A stretch of 64,000 nt of DNA. It comes from Macrostomum hystrix (lineage: Eukaryota > Animalia > Platyhelminthes). Under the pieces are notes generated by a model, which saw only the letters and a list, made by a program, of their open reading frames with translations, was not told where the DNA came from and made no database searches. The stretch covers positions 20,460,001 through 20,524,000 of the forward strand of contig CATNEN010000038.1 in assembly GCA_950097015.1 (NCBI GenBank). Reading direction: 5' to 3'. Each line of letters starts with the position of its first letter. Position 1 is the stretch's first letter. A program made the translations under genes and the position numbers. Shown here one piece after another: positions 36,721 to 48,633 of this stretch.

Positions 36721-39700
36721 AGCGCTAGTTACACTAGGAATCTGTTGGGAATTCCGGAAGTGAGACTCCTCTAGAATTGTTGACGGTCGCTGCTGATCCA
36801 CCGCTTGCAGAGCCGGAGCTCGAGCTCTTCGCTGGATTGCGTGCTGCTGGTCACGTGACTGCTGGTCACGTGACTGCTGGTCACGTGACTGCGTGGCCGA
36901 ACGCTTATGCTGCGGTTGCTGCTGCTGCGACCGTGCGATGTTACTGTCCGAGTGGAATTGCGAGCTGCTTGCCAATCCAGTTGATGGTTGACGCTGGCCG
37001 GCCTGCTGCTGAGGTGAACGAGAACAGAATGTAAGCGAAGGCATTGTAAAATTGAAGGACTAAACATACTCAATTTTCGATAAATATCCTCAGTTCTTCT
37101 AGTCAAACTTATTTCTTGTTCGTCAGGAAAACAGCTGAAGTGTTACCACTGAGGATGAGGTTGTAGCCTAGCGTTTTCTGCCTTGCAACAGTTAACCCAG
37201 CTGGGTTAAATGGTTAAATGGGTACCAGCATTAGCTGGCGTAATTGAGGGTGAGTGTGGCGTCTACTCAGACCATGGACTGAACAGCCGTTAGGAAACCA
37301 AATTAATTTGGGGCTTGGAAGCTTGTCATGCAATTTACGCTCCTTGAGGGCAGATGTACACACCTGTGTGAGCGTGCGCTCAGGAGTCAGCGGAATGGAC
37401 AGAACTGCCTCTTCGCTGGCTGCGGGCCACCAAATCACATTCATTATTAACTGTCTGATTTACCAGTTGCTGTTGCATCTCCTGAAAGCCCATGTACTGG
37501 CCACCAAATCACATTCATTATTAACTGTCTGATTTACCAGTTGCTGTTGCATCTCCTGAAAGCCCATGCACTGGCCACCAAATCACATTCATTATTAACT
37601 GTCTGATTTACCAGTTGCTGTTGCATCTCCTGAAAGCCCATGCACTGGCCACCAAATCACATTCATTATTAACTGTCTGATTTACCAGTTGCTGTTGCAT
37701 CTCCTGAAAGCCCATGTACTGGCCACCAAATCACATTCATTATTAACTGTCTGATTTACCAGTTGCTGTTGCATCTCCTGAAAGCCCATGTACTGGCCAC
37801 CAAATCACATTCATTGTTAACTGTCTGATTTACCAGTTGCTGTTGCATCTCCTGAAAGCCCATGTACTGGCCACCAAATCACATTCATTATTAACTGTCT
37901 GATTTACCAGTTGCTGTTGGATCTCCTGAAAGCCCATGTACTGGCCACCAAATCACATTCATTATTAACTGTCTGATTTACCAGTTGCTGTTGCATCTCC
38001 TGAAAACCCATGTACTCGCTCTCCGGTATGTTGAAGGCCTCCAGTTCTTTGTACTTTTCAAATATTGTGCCAGATGCCGAACGCTGTATTAGGGAAGAGG
38101 ATACTGGCTGCTGTTGCTGCTGAATTATCCTCGACGAAGATGACGAAGGCGTTGAAGATGCAGGAGACGATTCGATCACCACGAATGTACCATCCGACGA
38201 CGGCACCAACGAGACGGCGTTTGAGCGAACCAAATTGCCAGATGATTGATAGCGACGATCAGTCGGGTTCTGCAAGTTCAGACTTCTCGGTCAGAATTAC
38301 AAAGCTCAAAACCCCGTTAATTTATGAAAAGAGAACAAGTCTTGGAACCTTGAAGTCAGTCTCACTGCAAAGATCCTATTTATAGTCATATATATAACTA
38401 ATACTGCTACTACCAGCTCTACTTCTAGTGCTAGACTGATAAAATATGACTAGTGATTAAATTTTTACACCGTTCCAAACTGCGCCAGATCTGCAGCCGA
38501 CAGCACAGCCGCAGCTATTGCGCGGCGCTTCTCAATACTGCGTACTGCTTGCTGTTCAGTCCATGGACTGGGGAGACGCCACACCTTACTCTCAATTACC
38601 CCATTCAGCTAACAGCTGGGTGAATTGAAGCAATGCAGAGTTGAGTATCTTGTTAAAGGACAAATATTGTACCAATTTAGGAATCGAACCCACGACCTTC
38701 AAGTTTTGAGTCCGACGCTCTAACCACTAGGCTGCAACTATATATTATTCTATAAATTAAACGTGCCTTAGCCACAGACAAGCCCGACTGCTGTTGTCTC
38801 TGCAGCTGCTGCTGATGTTCAACCGAAAGGCGCCTTCTAGGAGAAGCATTCAACGCTGCAGTTGTCACTAATTGTTGTTGCTGCACCTGCTGTTGCTGCT
38901 GAAGCCCCGTAGCCAAGGCTGGCTGCGAGGCCCATTTGCTGACACCGCCGCTACCATCGACTCCGTCAGCCTGCGCAGGCTGCCACGGGGCATAGTTGAA
39001 GATCGCCTGGCGGCCCCCCTGCTGTTCCACGCGCAGCTTATCTGCCGCGCACCTATCAAAGCGGTCAATGAATTTACGCCCAACCGCTTCGTTCTCGGCC
39101 AGGTAGGCGTGGCACTCGAGAAACTGAATGCCGTAGGGTCGGCGTATCAGGAAGCACACAATTGGCCGCTGGCAGGTCTTGGACAAATTCTTGACGTCCC
39201 GCTTGTGCAACGGGACCAGAACTGCGTCCGGTACAACGTCGGTTGGGTCCGTGTGCCGGCGAAAATAGCCGAAGTGTCGCTTCCGGCCTTTGACGGTGTG
39301 AAACAGCACCAGATCCAGGTAGGTCACACAGTCCAGTGGCCAGGTCTCCTGTTGGAATCGGCGCGCGCCGGCGTCCCAGAATCTGATCTGCATCTCGTGG
39401 CTGCTCACCGCGAGTTTCAGTGCAATTGTGGGGAGTAAAAGTCATTGTAGGTTTCTTGAGTGTGTTGTGGGTTTCCTGAGTGTCTTTTGGGTTTCCTGAG
39501 TGTGTTGTGGGTTTCCTGAGTGTCTTTTGGGTTTCCTGACTGTGTTGTGGGTTTCCTGAGTGTGTTGTCGGTTTCCTGAGGGTATTGTGGGTTTCCTGAA
39601 TGTATTTTGGGTTTCCTGAGTGTGTTGTGGGTTTCCAAGATTTCTTGTGGATTTCAACACAATCGAGGCTTAGCTTAAGCAGTACTCACCCCTCAAATAC

Positions 39701-39919
39701 GAAGGATCTCTCTGGCGCCTTATCACCGCGTGGCTCTTTGCCAGAGAGAAGGCCGGCGGCCAGGTAGATATCACGCAGCGGCTTCTGCACGGAGCCAAAA
39801 CCGGTGTTGTTGGTCGGCCTAGTCAGCGCCTTCTTGCCCAGGAAGGCCATGCGGAATGCAGCGTCCGTAGCGATGCCTGCGTTGTCATTGACAGTGGGGG
39901 AGGCTGCTGGAGTTGCCAT
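36199..39919 (-). CDS. PTB/PID-like domain protein with polyQ C-terminus; exons about 39919-39690, ~39400-38767, 38269-37984, 37008-36199
   Basis: FRMAFLGKK..GFGSVQKPLRDIY and CFLIRR..FLECHAYLAENEAVGRKFIDRF resemble PTB-fold elements; phase-0 junctions for the last two introns; exon 2 acceptor uncertain. Confidence 0.65.
37165..37295 (+). mobile_element. SINE family B central/3' fragment
   Basis: ACCCAGCTG..AAATGGGTACC..GTAATTGAGGGTGAGTGTGGCGTC..CCATGGACTGAACAG. Confidence 0.7.
37308..37435 (+). mobile_element. SINE family A deleted fragment
   Basis: GCTTGTCATGCAATTTACG..GGGCAGATGTACACACC..CAGGAGTCAGCG..TCGCTGGCTGCGGG. Confidence 0.8.
37425..38016 (-). repeat. 74-bp tandem repeat x8 spanning an exon end and its splice donor
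   Basis: Minus-strand unit: TACATGGGCTTTCAGGAGATGCAACAGCAACTG | GTAAATCAGACAGTTAATAATGAATGTGATTTGGTGGCCAG. Confidence 0.95.
38483..38738 (-). mobile_element. tRNA-derived SINE family B, most complete copy
   Basis: Minus strand: GCCTAGTGGTTAGAGCGTCGGACT..GGGTTCGATTCC tRNA-like head, central GTCCTTTAACAAGATACTCAAC..CACCCAGCTG..AATGGGTA, 3' GCGCCGCGCAATAGCTGCGGCTGTGCTGTCGGCTGCA. Confidence 0.8.
39449..39640. repeat. 20-bp intronic minisatellite (GGGTTTCCTGAGTGTGTTGT)
   Basis: About 9 units. Confidence 0.9.
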
Positions 39920-39926
39920 GCTCAAA

Positions 39927-40037
39927 TGCTGCTGATGCTGCTGCTGCTGATGCTGCTGCTGCTGATGCTGCTGATGCTGCTGATGCTGATGCTGCTGATG
40001 CTGATGCTGCTGATGCTGATGCTGCTGATGCTGCTGC
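39927..40037. repeat. (GCT/GAT)n trinucleotide tract immediately 5' of the PTB-gene ATG
   Basis: TGCTGATGCTGC runs. Confidence 0.85.
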
Positions 40038-40154
40038 CCCTGCTTCGACTTTGATTTGGTTCTGCCAAGTAGGCTGAAGCTTAGTTGAAACTGAAAATTT
40101 GTTGCAGAATGTTTTCGGGTTTTCTGTTATCTCACAGTGGCATCGGAAAAACAT

Positions 40155-40965
40155 GGAATTGGGATCTGTAGATGGAATGGGAATCTGAAGATGGAATCGG
40201 GATCTGTAGATGGTATCGGGATCTGTAGATGGTATCGGGATCTGTAGATCGAATGGGGATCTGTAGATCGAATGGGGATCTGTAGATAGAATCGGGATCT
40301 GTAGATGGTATCGGGATCTGTAGATCGAATGGGGATCTGTAGATAGAATCGGGATCTGTAGATGCAATCGAGATCTGTAGATGGAATCGGGATCTGTTGA
40401 TAGAATCGGGATCTGTAGATAGAATCGGGATCTGTAGATAGAATCGGGATCTGTAGATAGAATCGGGATCTGTAGATGGTATCGGGATCTGTAGATGGTA
40501 TCGGGATCTGTAGATCGAATGGGGATCTGTAGATAGAATGGGTATCTGTAGATAGAATCGGGATCTGTAGATAGAATCGGGATCTGTAGATAGAATGTTG
40601 ATCTGTAGATGGTATCGGGATCTGTAGATGGTATCGGGATCTGTAGTTCGAATGGGGATCTGTAGATAGAATGGGTATCTGTAGATAGAATCGGGATCTG
40701 TAGATAGAATCGGGATCTGTAGATAGAATCGGGATCTGTAGATAGAATGTTGATCTGTAGATATAATCGGGATCTGTAGATAGAGTCAGGATCTGTAGAT
40801 AGAATGGGGATCTGTAGATAGAATGTGGATCTGTAGATAGAATCGGGATCTGTAGATAGAATCGGGATCTGTAGATAGAATCGGGATCTGTAGATAGAAT
40901 CGGGATCTGTTGATGGAATCGGGATCTGTTGATGGAATCGGGATCTGTAGATAGAATCAGGATCT
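40155..40965. repeat. 19-bp minisatellite (GGGATCTGTAGATAGAATC)
   Basis: About 42 units. Confidence 0.95.
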
Positions 40966-41744
40966 ATTTTTTAATAGAAATCTGTTTTTTGTTTACCTAT
41001 TCTACCGTTTTTTATGACTAAACCTTTGAGAACTGGACAATTGTAGCGATCAAGTTGTTAAATTTATTTTCGGTTCAATCAGGAAATGAAACTTACCAAC
41101 GGACCAAACTTTATTTTGTAGTCACTTAAATTTCTATACAAATTTGCGTAGATTTTTCAGTTGAAAATATACCTATTTAGTATTTACCCAGATACAAATT
41201 GGCCCAACGTGGTCTTCCAAGCTTTTCAGCTGCCTATTATAATAACAGACCAGTTGCTTCCCACAAAGTTTTTAACATCTAGCTATATAGGCCACAGTGT
41301 TAGGTCGGTTCTATCAGTCTGTCTTTCTCGCTCTTCGAATACATTTAAATTGCATATCTGGTCTCAAGCTTGCTAATATACAGTCTTCTTGAATTTGTGC
41401 ATTCAGGCATGTCTAGTGGGGTGAGGCAGCTGCTACATAGAATGTACAAAAGTTTTTGCCACGAAAGTGGGGTCAACCGCAGCTGGTACCACACACAGAT
41501 AATAAAATATCACATTGTGCTGTGCATCTGACAGGATATGAATAACAACTTAAGAGTTCTGCATCTTGTTATTGTATTACCTATATCAACATCTATAATT
41601 AATACCTATGGCGATAACATTTCAGTCGCCCAATCTGTTTATAGGATAAAATAATTTCATATAAAGGTCCCATTGTGCCACATCTCACAGATAAATGGCG
41701 GCTTAACAAAAGACCGAAGTGGCGGTTTTTCAATGGGGGCGGCA

Positions 41745-42950
41745 CATCAAAAGGCCAAGGTGGCGGCTAGATTTCAAAGGGTGCGGCTCATCAAAAGGCC
41801 ATAGTAGCGGCTAGATTTCAAAGGGTGCGGCTCATCAAAAGGCCAAGGCGGCGGCTAGATTTCAAGGGGTGCGGCTCATCAAAAGCAAAAGGTGGCGGCA
41901 TTTCAAAGGGTGCGGCTCATCAAAAGGCGATGGTAGCGGCTAGATTTCAAAGGGTGCGGCTCATCAAAAGGCCATAGTAGCGGCTAGATTTCAAAGGGTG
42001 CGGCTCATCAAAAGGCGATGGTAGCGGCTAGATTTCAAAGGGTGCGGCTCATCAAAAGGCCAAGGCGGCGGCTAGATTTCAAGGGGTGCGGCTCATCAAA
42101 AGCAAAAGGTGGCGGGATTTCAAAGGGTTGGCTCATCAAAAGCAAAAGGTGGTGGGATTTCAAAGGGGCGGCTCATCAAAAGGCGATGGTGGCGGCTAGA
42201 TTTCAAAGGGAGCGGCTCATTAAAAGGCCATGGTGGCGGCTAGATTTCAAAGGGAGCGGCTCATTAAAAGGCCATGTTGGCGGCTAGATTTCAAAGGGGG
42301 CGGCTCATCAAAAGCAAAAGGTGGCGGCATTTCAAAGGGTGCGGCTCATCAAAAGGCGATGGTAGTGGCTAGATTTCAAAGGGTGCGGCTCATCAAAATG
42401 CCAAGGCGGCGGCTAGATTTCAAGGGGTGCGGCTCATCAAAAGCAAAAGGTGGCGGGATTTCAAAGGGTTGGCTCATCAAAAGCAAAAGGTGGCGGGATT
42501 TCAAAGGGGCGGCTCATCAAAAGCAAAAGGTGGCGGGATTTCAAAGGGTGCGGCTCATCAAAAGGCGATAGTGGCGGCTAGATTTCAAGGGGTGCGGCTC
42601 ATCAAAAGCAAAAGGTGGCGGGATTTCAAAGGGGTGGCTCATCAAAAGCAAAAGGTGGCGGGATTTCAAAGGGGCGGCTCATCAAAAGGCCATGGTGGCG
42701 GCTAGATTTCAAGGGGTGCGGCTCATCAAAATCAAAAGGTGGCGGGATTTCAAAGGGGTGGCTCATCAAAAGCAAAAGGTGGCGGGATTTCAAAGGGGCG
42801 GCTCATCAAAAAGCCATTGGGACGGCATTTCAAAGGGTGCGGCTCATCAAAAAGCCATCAGGGCGGCATTTCAAAGGGTACGTCTCATAAAAAGACCTTT
42901 GGGGTGGCGTTTAAAAAAGGTGCGGCTCATCAAAGAGCCATTGGGGCGGC
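41745..42950. repeat. About 41-44-bp minisatellite (GATTTCAAAGGGTGCGGCTCATCAAAAGGCCATGGTGGCGGCTA)
   Basis: About 28 units in two length variants. Confidence 0.93.
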
Positions 42951-43457
42951 TCTCTAGGACTCAAATGAGTCGCATGAAAATTCGATGTGCGATGCCGTCA
43001 AACACAAATACCATTACTAGTCGGGGCAAAACAGTAATAAAAAAGTGTGAACAATGCGATAAAAATTGATTTTTAGCATGGATCGGTCATAATTATTAAC
43101 TTTTGCGCCAACAAGACAGTCTGTTGACTAGCAAAAGTACATCCAAGTGACTAACCACAATTACCTATCAATCTCAATTTACACTAGACAATAAACGGCT
43201 TCACTTAAGGTAATTAGAGTTGATCTACTCAAAATCTAAATTTCTAATAAAGCAACTATAAACAATGAGAGTAGTTTTACTTGCATGGACTGCAATGGCC
43301 CAATTTTCCAACTGAATAAACTCAAGAGGCATCGATCGATAGAAAGCTTCCCTCTGATGCCTTTAGTAATCATTCAGTCACCTGTCTAGCTTACGAGCTA
43401 CAGTATATCATGATAGGATAGGAAGGAACATATCAGCGGATAGGAACATCAGGCACT

Positions 43458-44130
43458 TCAAATCCCTGGAACCCCAAATCCATGGTAGCAATCCCTTCAA
43501 ATCCATGGTAGCTATCCCCAAATCCGTGGTAGCTATCCCCCAAATCCATGGTAGCCCTAGAATCCCAAATCCAAGGTATCTATCCCTCAAATCCTTGTTA
43601 GCAATTCCTCGAATCCTTGATAGTAATCCCTCAAATCCACGTAAGCAATCCCTCAAATCCTTGATAGCAATCCCTCAAATCCTTGATAGCAATCCCTCCA
43701 ATCCTTGATAGCAATCCCTCCAATCCTTGATAGTAATCCCTCAAATCCTTGATAGTAATCCCTCAAATCCTTGATAGCAATCCCTCAAATCCTTGATAGC
43801 AATCCCTCAAATCCTTGATAGTAATCCCTCAAATCCTTGATAGTAATCCCTCAAATCCTTGATAGCAATCCCTCAAATCCTTGATAGCAATCCCTCAAAT
43901 CCTTGATAGCAATCCGTCCAATCCTTGATAGTAATCCCTCAAATCCTTGATAGCAATCCCTCCAATCCTTGATAGCAATCCCTCAAATCCACATAAGCAA
44001 TCCCTCAAATCATGATAGCAATCCCTCAAATCCTTGATAGCAATCCCCCAAATCGACGCAAGCAATCCCTCAAGTCATTGATAGTAATCCCTCAAATCCA
44101 CGTAAGAAATCCCTCAAATCCATTTAAGCA
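43458..44130. repeat. 22-bp minisatellite (AATCCCTCAAATCCTTGATAGC)
   Basis: About 30 units with degenerate edges. Confidence 0.93.
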
Positions 44131-44829
44131 ATCGACGTCTTGCATTGTGGAGTATCTATGCAAGAATTAAAAGCCAAAAAAAACTTACCGGCATAATTAA
44201 GAAGAGACAAACTGAAGTGTTTTTAACTCAATTTAAACAGGATCTATTATAAAGACTGCATGCTTGGTATCAGAGAATCGGTAGGCATAGTCAATCAATA
44301 AGGAGCCATATTAGGTATTAGTATTAGTATATACATTTACTATCGATACAGCATAGTTTCTTTCGTTTCAGGACTTATAAAGGAGTTTATCATTAAACAA
44401 GCCGGTAGATTAAGAAAATTTGTTGCAGCCAACCACAGCTCGAGATAGTGGCCAAAGCTGCAATGAGTGGGCTTGGGAATACTGTTTCGTATTTCAACCA
44501 AAGCTAATAGTTGTCTGTCTGTCTTGCCGTTACACGCGCAGAAAACTAATGGCTCGTAATGTACATGCTGTACAGATAGCTGGGTGTACAGCACAGACAG
44601 AATACTGTACGTAGAGCACTGTACAGCACCGATCACAGTTTAAAAATGTACTTTTCTATTCGCTTAAATAAGGAAGAGTAAAACGATATAATGATTTACC
44701 TCTGGCTTTAACTGTACCGAAGAAACTGTAGGAAGATGTGGGAAGGCTGATTTTGGGCGTGGACCGCAATGCAAGATCCTCAAATAGCTTTACAGTGTAC
44801 ACTGGCCTTACAACTCATGGGGGGAATAC

Positions 44830-45075
44830 CTCCTTCTCTATCTCTTATCCTCTCTATCAATCTCCTTCCTTCTCTATCAATATCCTTCCTTCTCTATCAA
44901 TATCCTTCCTTCTCTATCAATCTCCTTCCTTCTCTATCAATATCCTTCCTTCTCTATCAATCTCCTTCCTTCTCTATCAATCTCCTTCATTCTCTATCAA
45001 TCTCCTTCCTTCTCTATCAATCTCCTTCCTTCTCTATCAATCTCCATCCTTTGCTTTCTATCAATCTCCTTCCCA
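44830..45075. repeat. 20-bp minisatellite (TCTCCTTCCTTCTCTATCAA)
   Basis: About 11 units. Confidence 0.9.
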
Positions 45076-45638
45076 ATCTCTATGTGATTCTTACCCGCCT
45101 CTTTACTTTGTGTTTCTATCATTTTCTATCTATCAATCTACTTAGTTTTCTATCAATCCTCAAGATTATCTCTTTACCACTATCGATTGGAAGCCTCACC
45201 TTTGCTAGTTGCATAATCATTAAGCAAATAGTTATTTGATTTCACAAATCAAAAATTAGTTACTCAACAAGTATTTGAATATTGTAGCTAAATATACGAG
45301 TCATTTGTTTGTCTCACAATTCTCATAATGATATAAGATACGATAAATGTAGGTGTCAAATTTTCTTTCTAGACCTGTCAGTCGAACTGGCAAGGCCTGT
45401 CAATCAATTTGTGCGAGACACGCATTTAAGATCTATACTCTTTAGCCAACCATTTTCCTTTTTGCCTAATAGAATATAAGCAAGGAAGTATTTCCACAGG
45501 CCCCAACAACGTGCCACAGCTTGGAAACCTAATCTATGATTCCCTATGACTCAGACAGTGACCCAGGGGCTGCACAGCAGGCGCACGTGTTTGTCACGCC
45601 AATTTGTCAGTGTGAGTCAGAGACATTATCAGAAACAT

Positions 45639-45675
<37 letters not shown>

Positions 45676-45777
45676 GGCTGCAGTAGTCGTTTTGTTCAGC
45701 ATGACATTGTATTCAAACTTTGCTTACGGATAAAATCGATGGCAACTGACGCATTGGTTACTGACAGTCAAGAATTG

Positions 45778-46802
45778 GTGTCTATCTGTTTGTATCCTGG
45801 GTGTCTATCTGACTGTATCCTGGGTGTCTATCTGTTTGTATCCTGGGTGTCTATCTGACTGTATCCTGGGTGTCTATCTGTCTGTATCCTGGGTGTCTAT
45901 CTGTCTGTATCCTGGGTGTCTATCTGTCTGTATCCTGGGTGTCTATCTGTCTGTATCCTGGGTGTCTATCTGACTGTATCCTGGGTGTCTATCTGACTGT
46001 ATCCTGGGTGTCTATCTGTCTGTGTCCTGGGTGTCTATCTGTCTGTATCCTGGGTGCCTATCTGACTGTATCCTGGGTGTCTATCTGTCTGTATCCTGGG
46101 TGTTTATCTGTCTGTATCCTGGGTGTCTATCTGTCTGTATCCTGGGTGTCTATCTGTCTGTATCCTGGGTGTCTATCTGTCTGTATCCTGGGTGTCTATC
46201 TGTCTGTATCCTGGGTGTCTATCTGACTGTATCCTGGGTGTCTATCTGTCTGTATCCTGGGTGTCTATCTGTCTGTATCCTGGGTGTCTATCTGACTGTA
46301 TCCTGGGTGTCTATCTGACTGTATCCTGGGTGTCTATCTGTCTGTATCCTGGGTGTCTATCTGTCTGTATCCTGGGTGTCTATCTGACTGTATCCTGGGT
46401 GTCTATCTGTCTGTATCCTGGGTGTCTATCTGACTGTATCCTGGGTGTCTATCTGACTGTATCCTGGGTGTCTATCTGTCTGTATCCTGGGTGTCTATCT
46501 GTCTGTATCCTGGGTGTCTATCTGACTGTATCCTGGGTGTCTATCTGTCTGTATCCTGGGTGTCTATCTGACTGTATCCTGGGTGTCTATCTGTCTGTAT
46601 CCTGGGTGTCTATCTGTTTGTATCCTGGGTGTCTATCTGTTTGTATCCTGGGTGTCTATCTGTTTGTATCCTGGGTGTCTATCTGTTTGTATCCTGGGTG
46701 TCTATCTGTCTGTATCCTGGGTGTCTATCTGTCTGTATCCTGGGTGTCTATCTGTCTGTATCCTGGGTGTCTATCTGTCTGAATCCTGGGTGTCTATCTG
46801 TC
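45778..46802. repeat. 23-bp minisatellite (TATCCTGGGTGTCTATCTGTCTG)
   Basis: About 44 units. Confidence 0.96.
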
Positions 46803-47316
46803 TATCTATTATAGCATTTTAAATACAATTTGATCCTATTTCAAATGAATTTTCGCGCTTAGCTACTCCTCAGTAGTTCGTATGTACTGAAAGTAGTCTG
46901 CCAGGAACGACCTGTCTTTCTAAACTCGCTTGGTAGGCGATTCTAATCACTACTTTATGTGAAGCACATTTGTTAATACAATTTTATTAGTTTCTGTTTT
47001 AGAAAATTGAACAGATCCTTTAAACTTTTACTTAAGCTTGTGTGTGTTTGCCCGTTGTTTAGCTCATGAGAACTAAAAGGAAGTTCTACAAATGTAAACT
47101 TTTAGCCATTTAGCAAGCACGGCCTTAAATAAGTCGTGACGCTTGTTTGTTTATTTTTCACCTTTAAACAAGGTAGCTTAACTATTTGAAAACATCGATA
47201 TCTATTGTATGAGTCAATAAACTTTTGAAAAGAAGGAAACTTAATAATAATTTCTGGCTTAGAAGCTCCAGTTTATATCTGTAAAATGAAAAATTAATTT
47301 AGCAGATGCCTTAATC

Positions 47317-47512
47317 GGGCCAGATGTGCAGCCGACAGCACAGCCGCAGCTATTGCGCGGCGCATCTGAAGACTGCGTTCAGTCCATGGACTGGGTGGAC
47401 GCCGCACCCACCCTCAATTATCCCAGCTATAAATTTAACTGACTTGTTAATGGACAATCGAAAAGCGAACCTTCGACCTTCAAGTCGTTTGTCCGACGCT
47501 CTAACCACTAGT
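47317..47512 (-). mobile_element. SINE family B, internally deleted
   Basis: CCAGATGTGCAGCCGACAGCACAGCCGCAGCTATTGCGCGGCGC and GTCCGACGCTCTAACCACTAG nearly identical to the 38.5-kb copy. Confidence 0.82.
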
Positions 47513-47944
47513 CAACAACGCCCGCACATTTGAGCACAGCTCAATAGCTAAACTTCATCGCCGTCTGGAGCGTCGGCGGTGAACGACGGGACCTTCGACA
47601 AAAGCACCCGATCGGCATCTCAAGGACGGGCTGCGTTCCCAAACCTCTTTGGCATGCAGTCTTCAGTCAGTGGACATAATCGGATAATGAAATGGACGAT
47701 GGGACCATATAGGCTGAACTGTAGACATCGACGACCTTCGGGACTTCAACGGAGTGTCACCACGAGGCCCAGACGAGCTGGCACCGCCAAAATCGTCCCT
47801 TTTCGATCAAGGCGCCACATATCATGCAATGCTATAGCATCATGTTCAGCATCGACCATGCTTTAGACGGCGATGAAGCCGACCCTGCAGCCGTTTTTGA
47901 ACCGACATGGTTTCATGGTGAAATTTTGTGAGCAGAAAAGTTGT

Positions 47945-48095
47945 CTTCATAGGTGGTTTTTTTGCCACCAGACACCCGACGAGAACCGTTGAATATATCG
48001 ATGATGACGATGTTTTGTGATTCTGGAAGTTCTTTAATCGGATTAAGCGGAAAATTAAAGCCCAATGTTGGGGATTTTCATGGTGCGATGTGTTC
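47945..48095 (+). repeat. Dispersed repeat family C
   Basis: GGTGGTTTTT..AGACACCCGACGAGAACCGTTGAATATATCGATGATG..GTGATTCTGGAAGTT. Confidence 0.65.
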
Positions 48096-48633
48096 ATAAT
48101 ACCTTGGGAGACACAGAAAAGTGTTTTTATATACCTCCCCGTGGTCTTTCTTCCGTTAATCTCAAAGGCTAATTTTCTAAAATTTTATTATTTAAACAAT
48201 CGATGATTAAAATCGTGATTCAAATACAAGCGCACGGGATTTCACAGTGGCTACACTGTCGAATGGAATCGATTTTTTTTAAAGCTTAGTTCCCTATATT
48301 AATGAATCGCGATAAAGATTGTACTCCCAACGGGAGCAAGTACATTGTAACACTCGCTGCCCTGGAGAGACAGTTTTTAAGCAACTCCCTGGTTTTCCTT
48401 AACTGTACTTGCATTCTTTAGTACTTAAACAACTGTACAACTGTACAACTGTACAGTCTAGGTTAAGAGGCCAGACCACATACTACAGCCGCCCCAGCGC
48501 CCAGAGAGATTGTATAAAAAATATTCCACAGAAACACAGCCAGGCAATGCCCAGTGTCCAGCTTTTATTTGTTTAATCTGCTGCGGCAACTCAACTAGAA
48601 GGATTGCAGGGCCGAACTGCCCGGAGCATCTCA

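Noticed and set aside
42018-43069. Basic K/R/G-rich ORFs (protamine- or histone-like)
   Set aside because: Translations of the 41-44-bp minisatellite in shifting frames.
41090-44820. Isolated minus-strand donors (GTAAGT near 41097 and 44188, GTAAAT near 44699) as 5' UTR exons of the PTB-like gene
   Set aside because: Plausible but unsupported without transcript data; no reading-frame constraint is available to test them.
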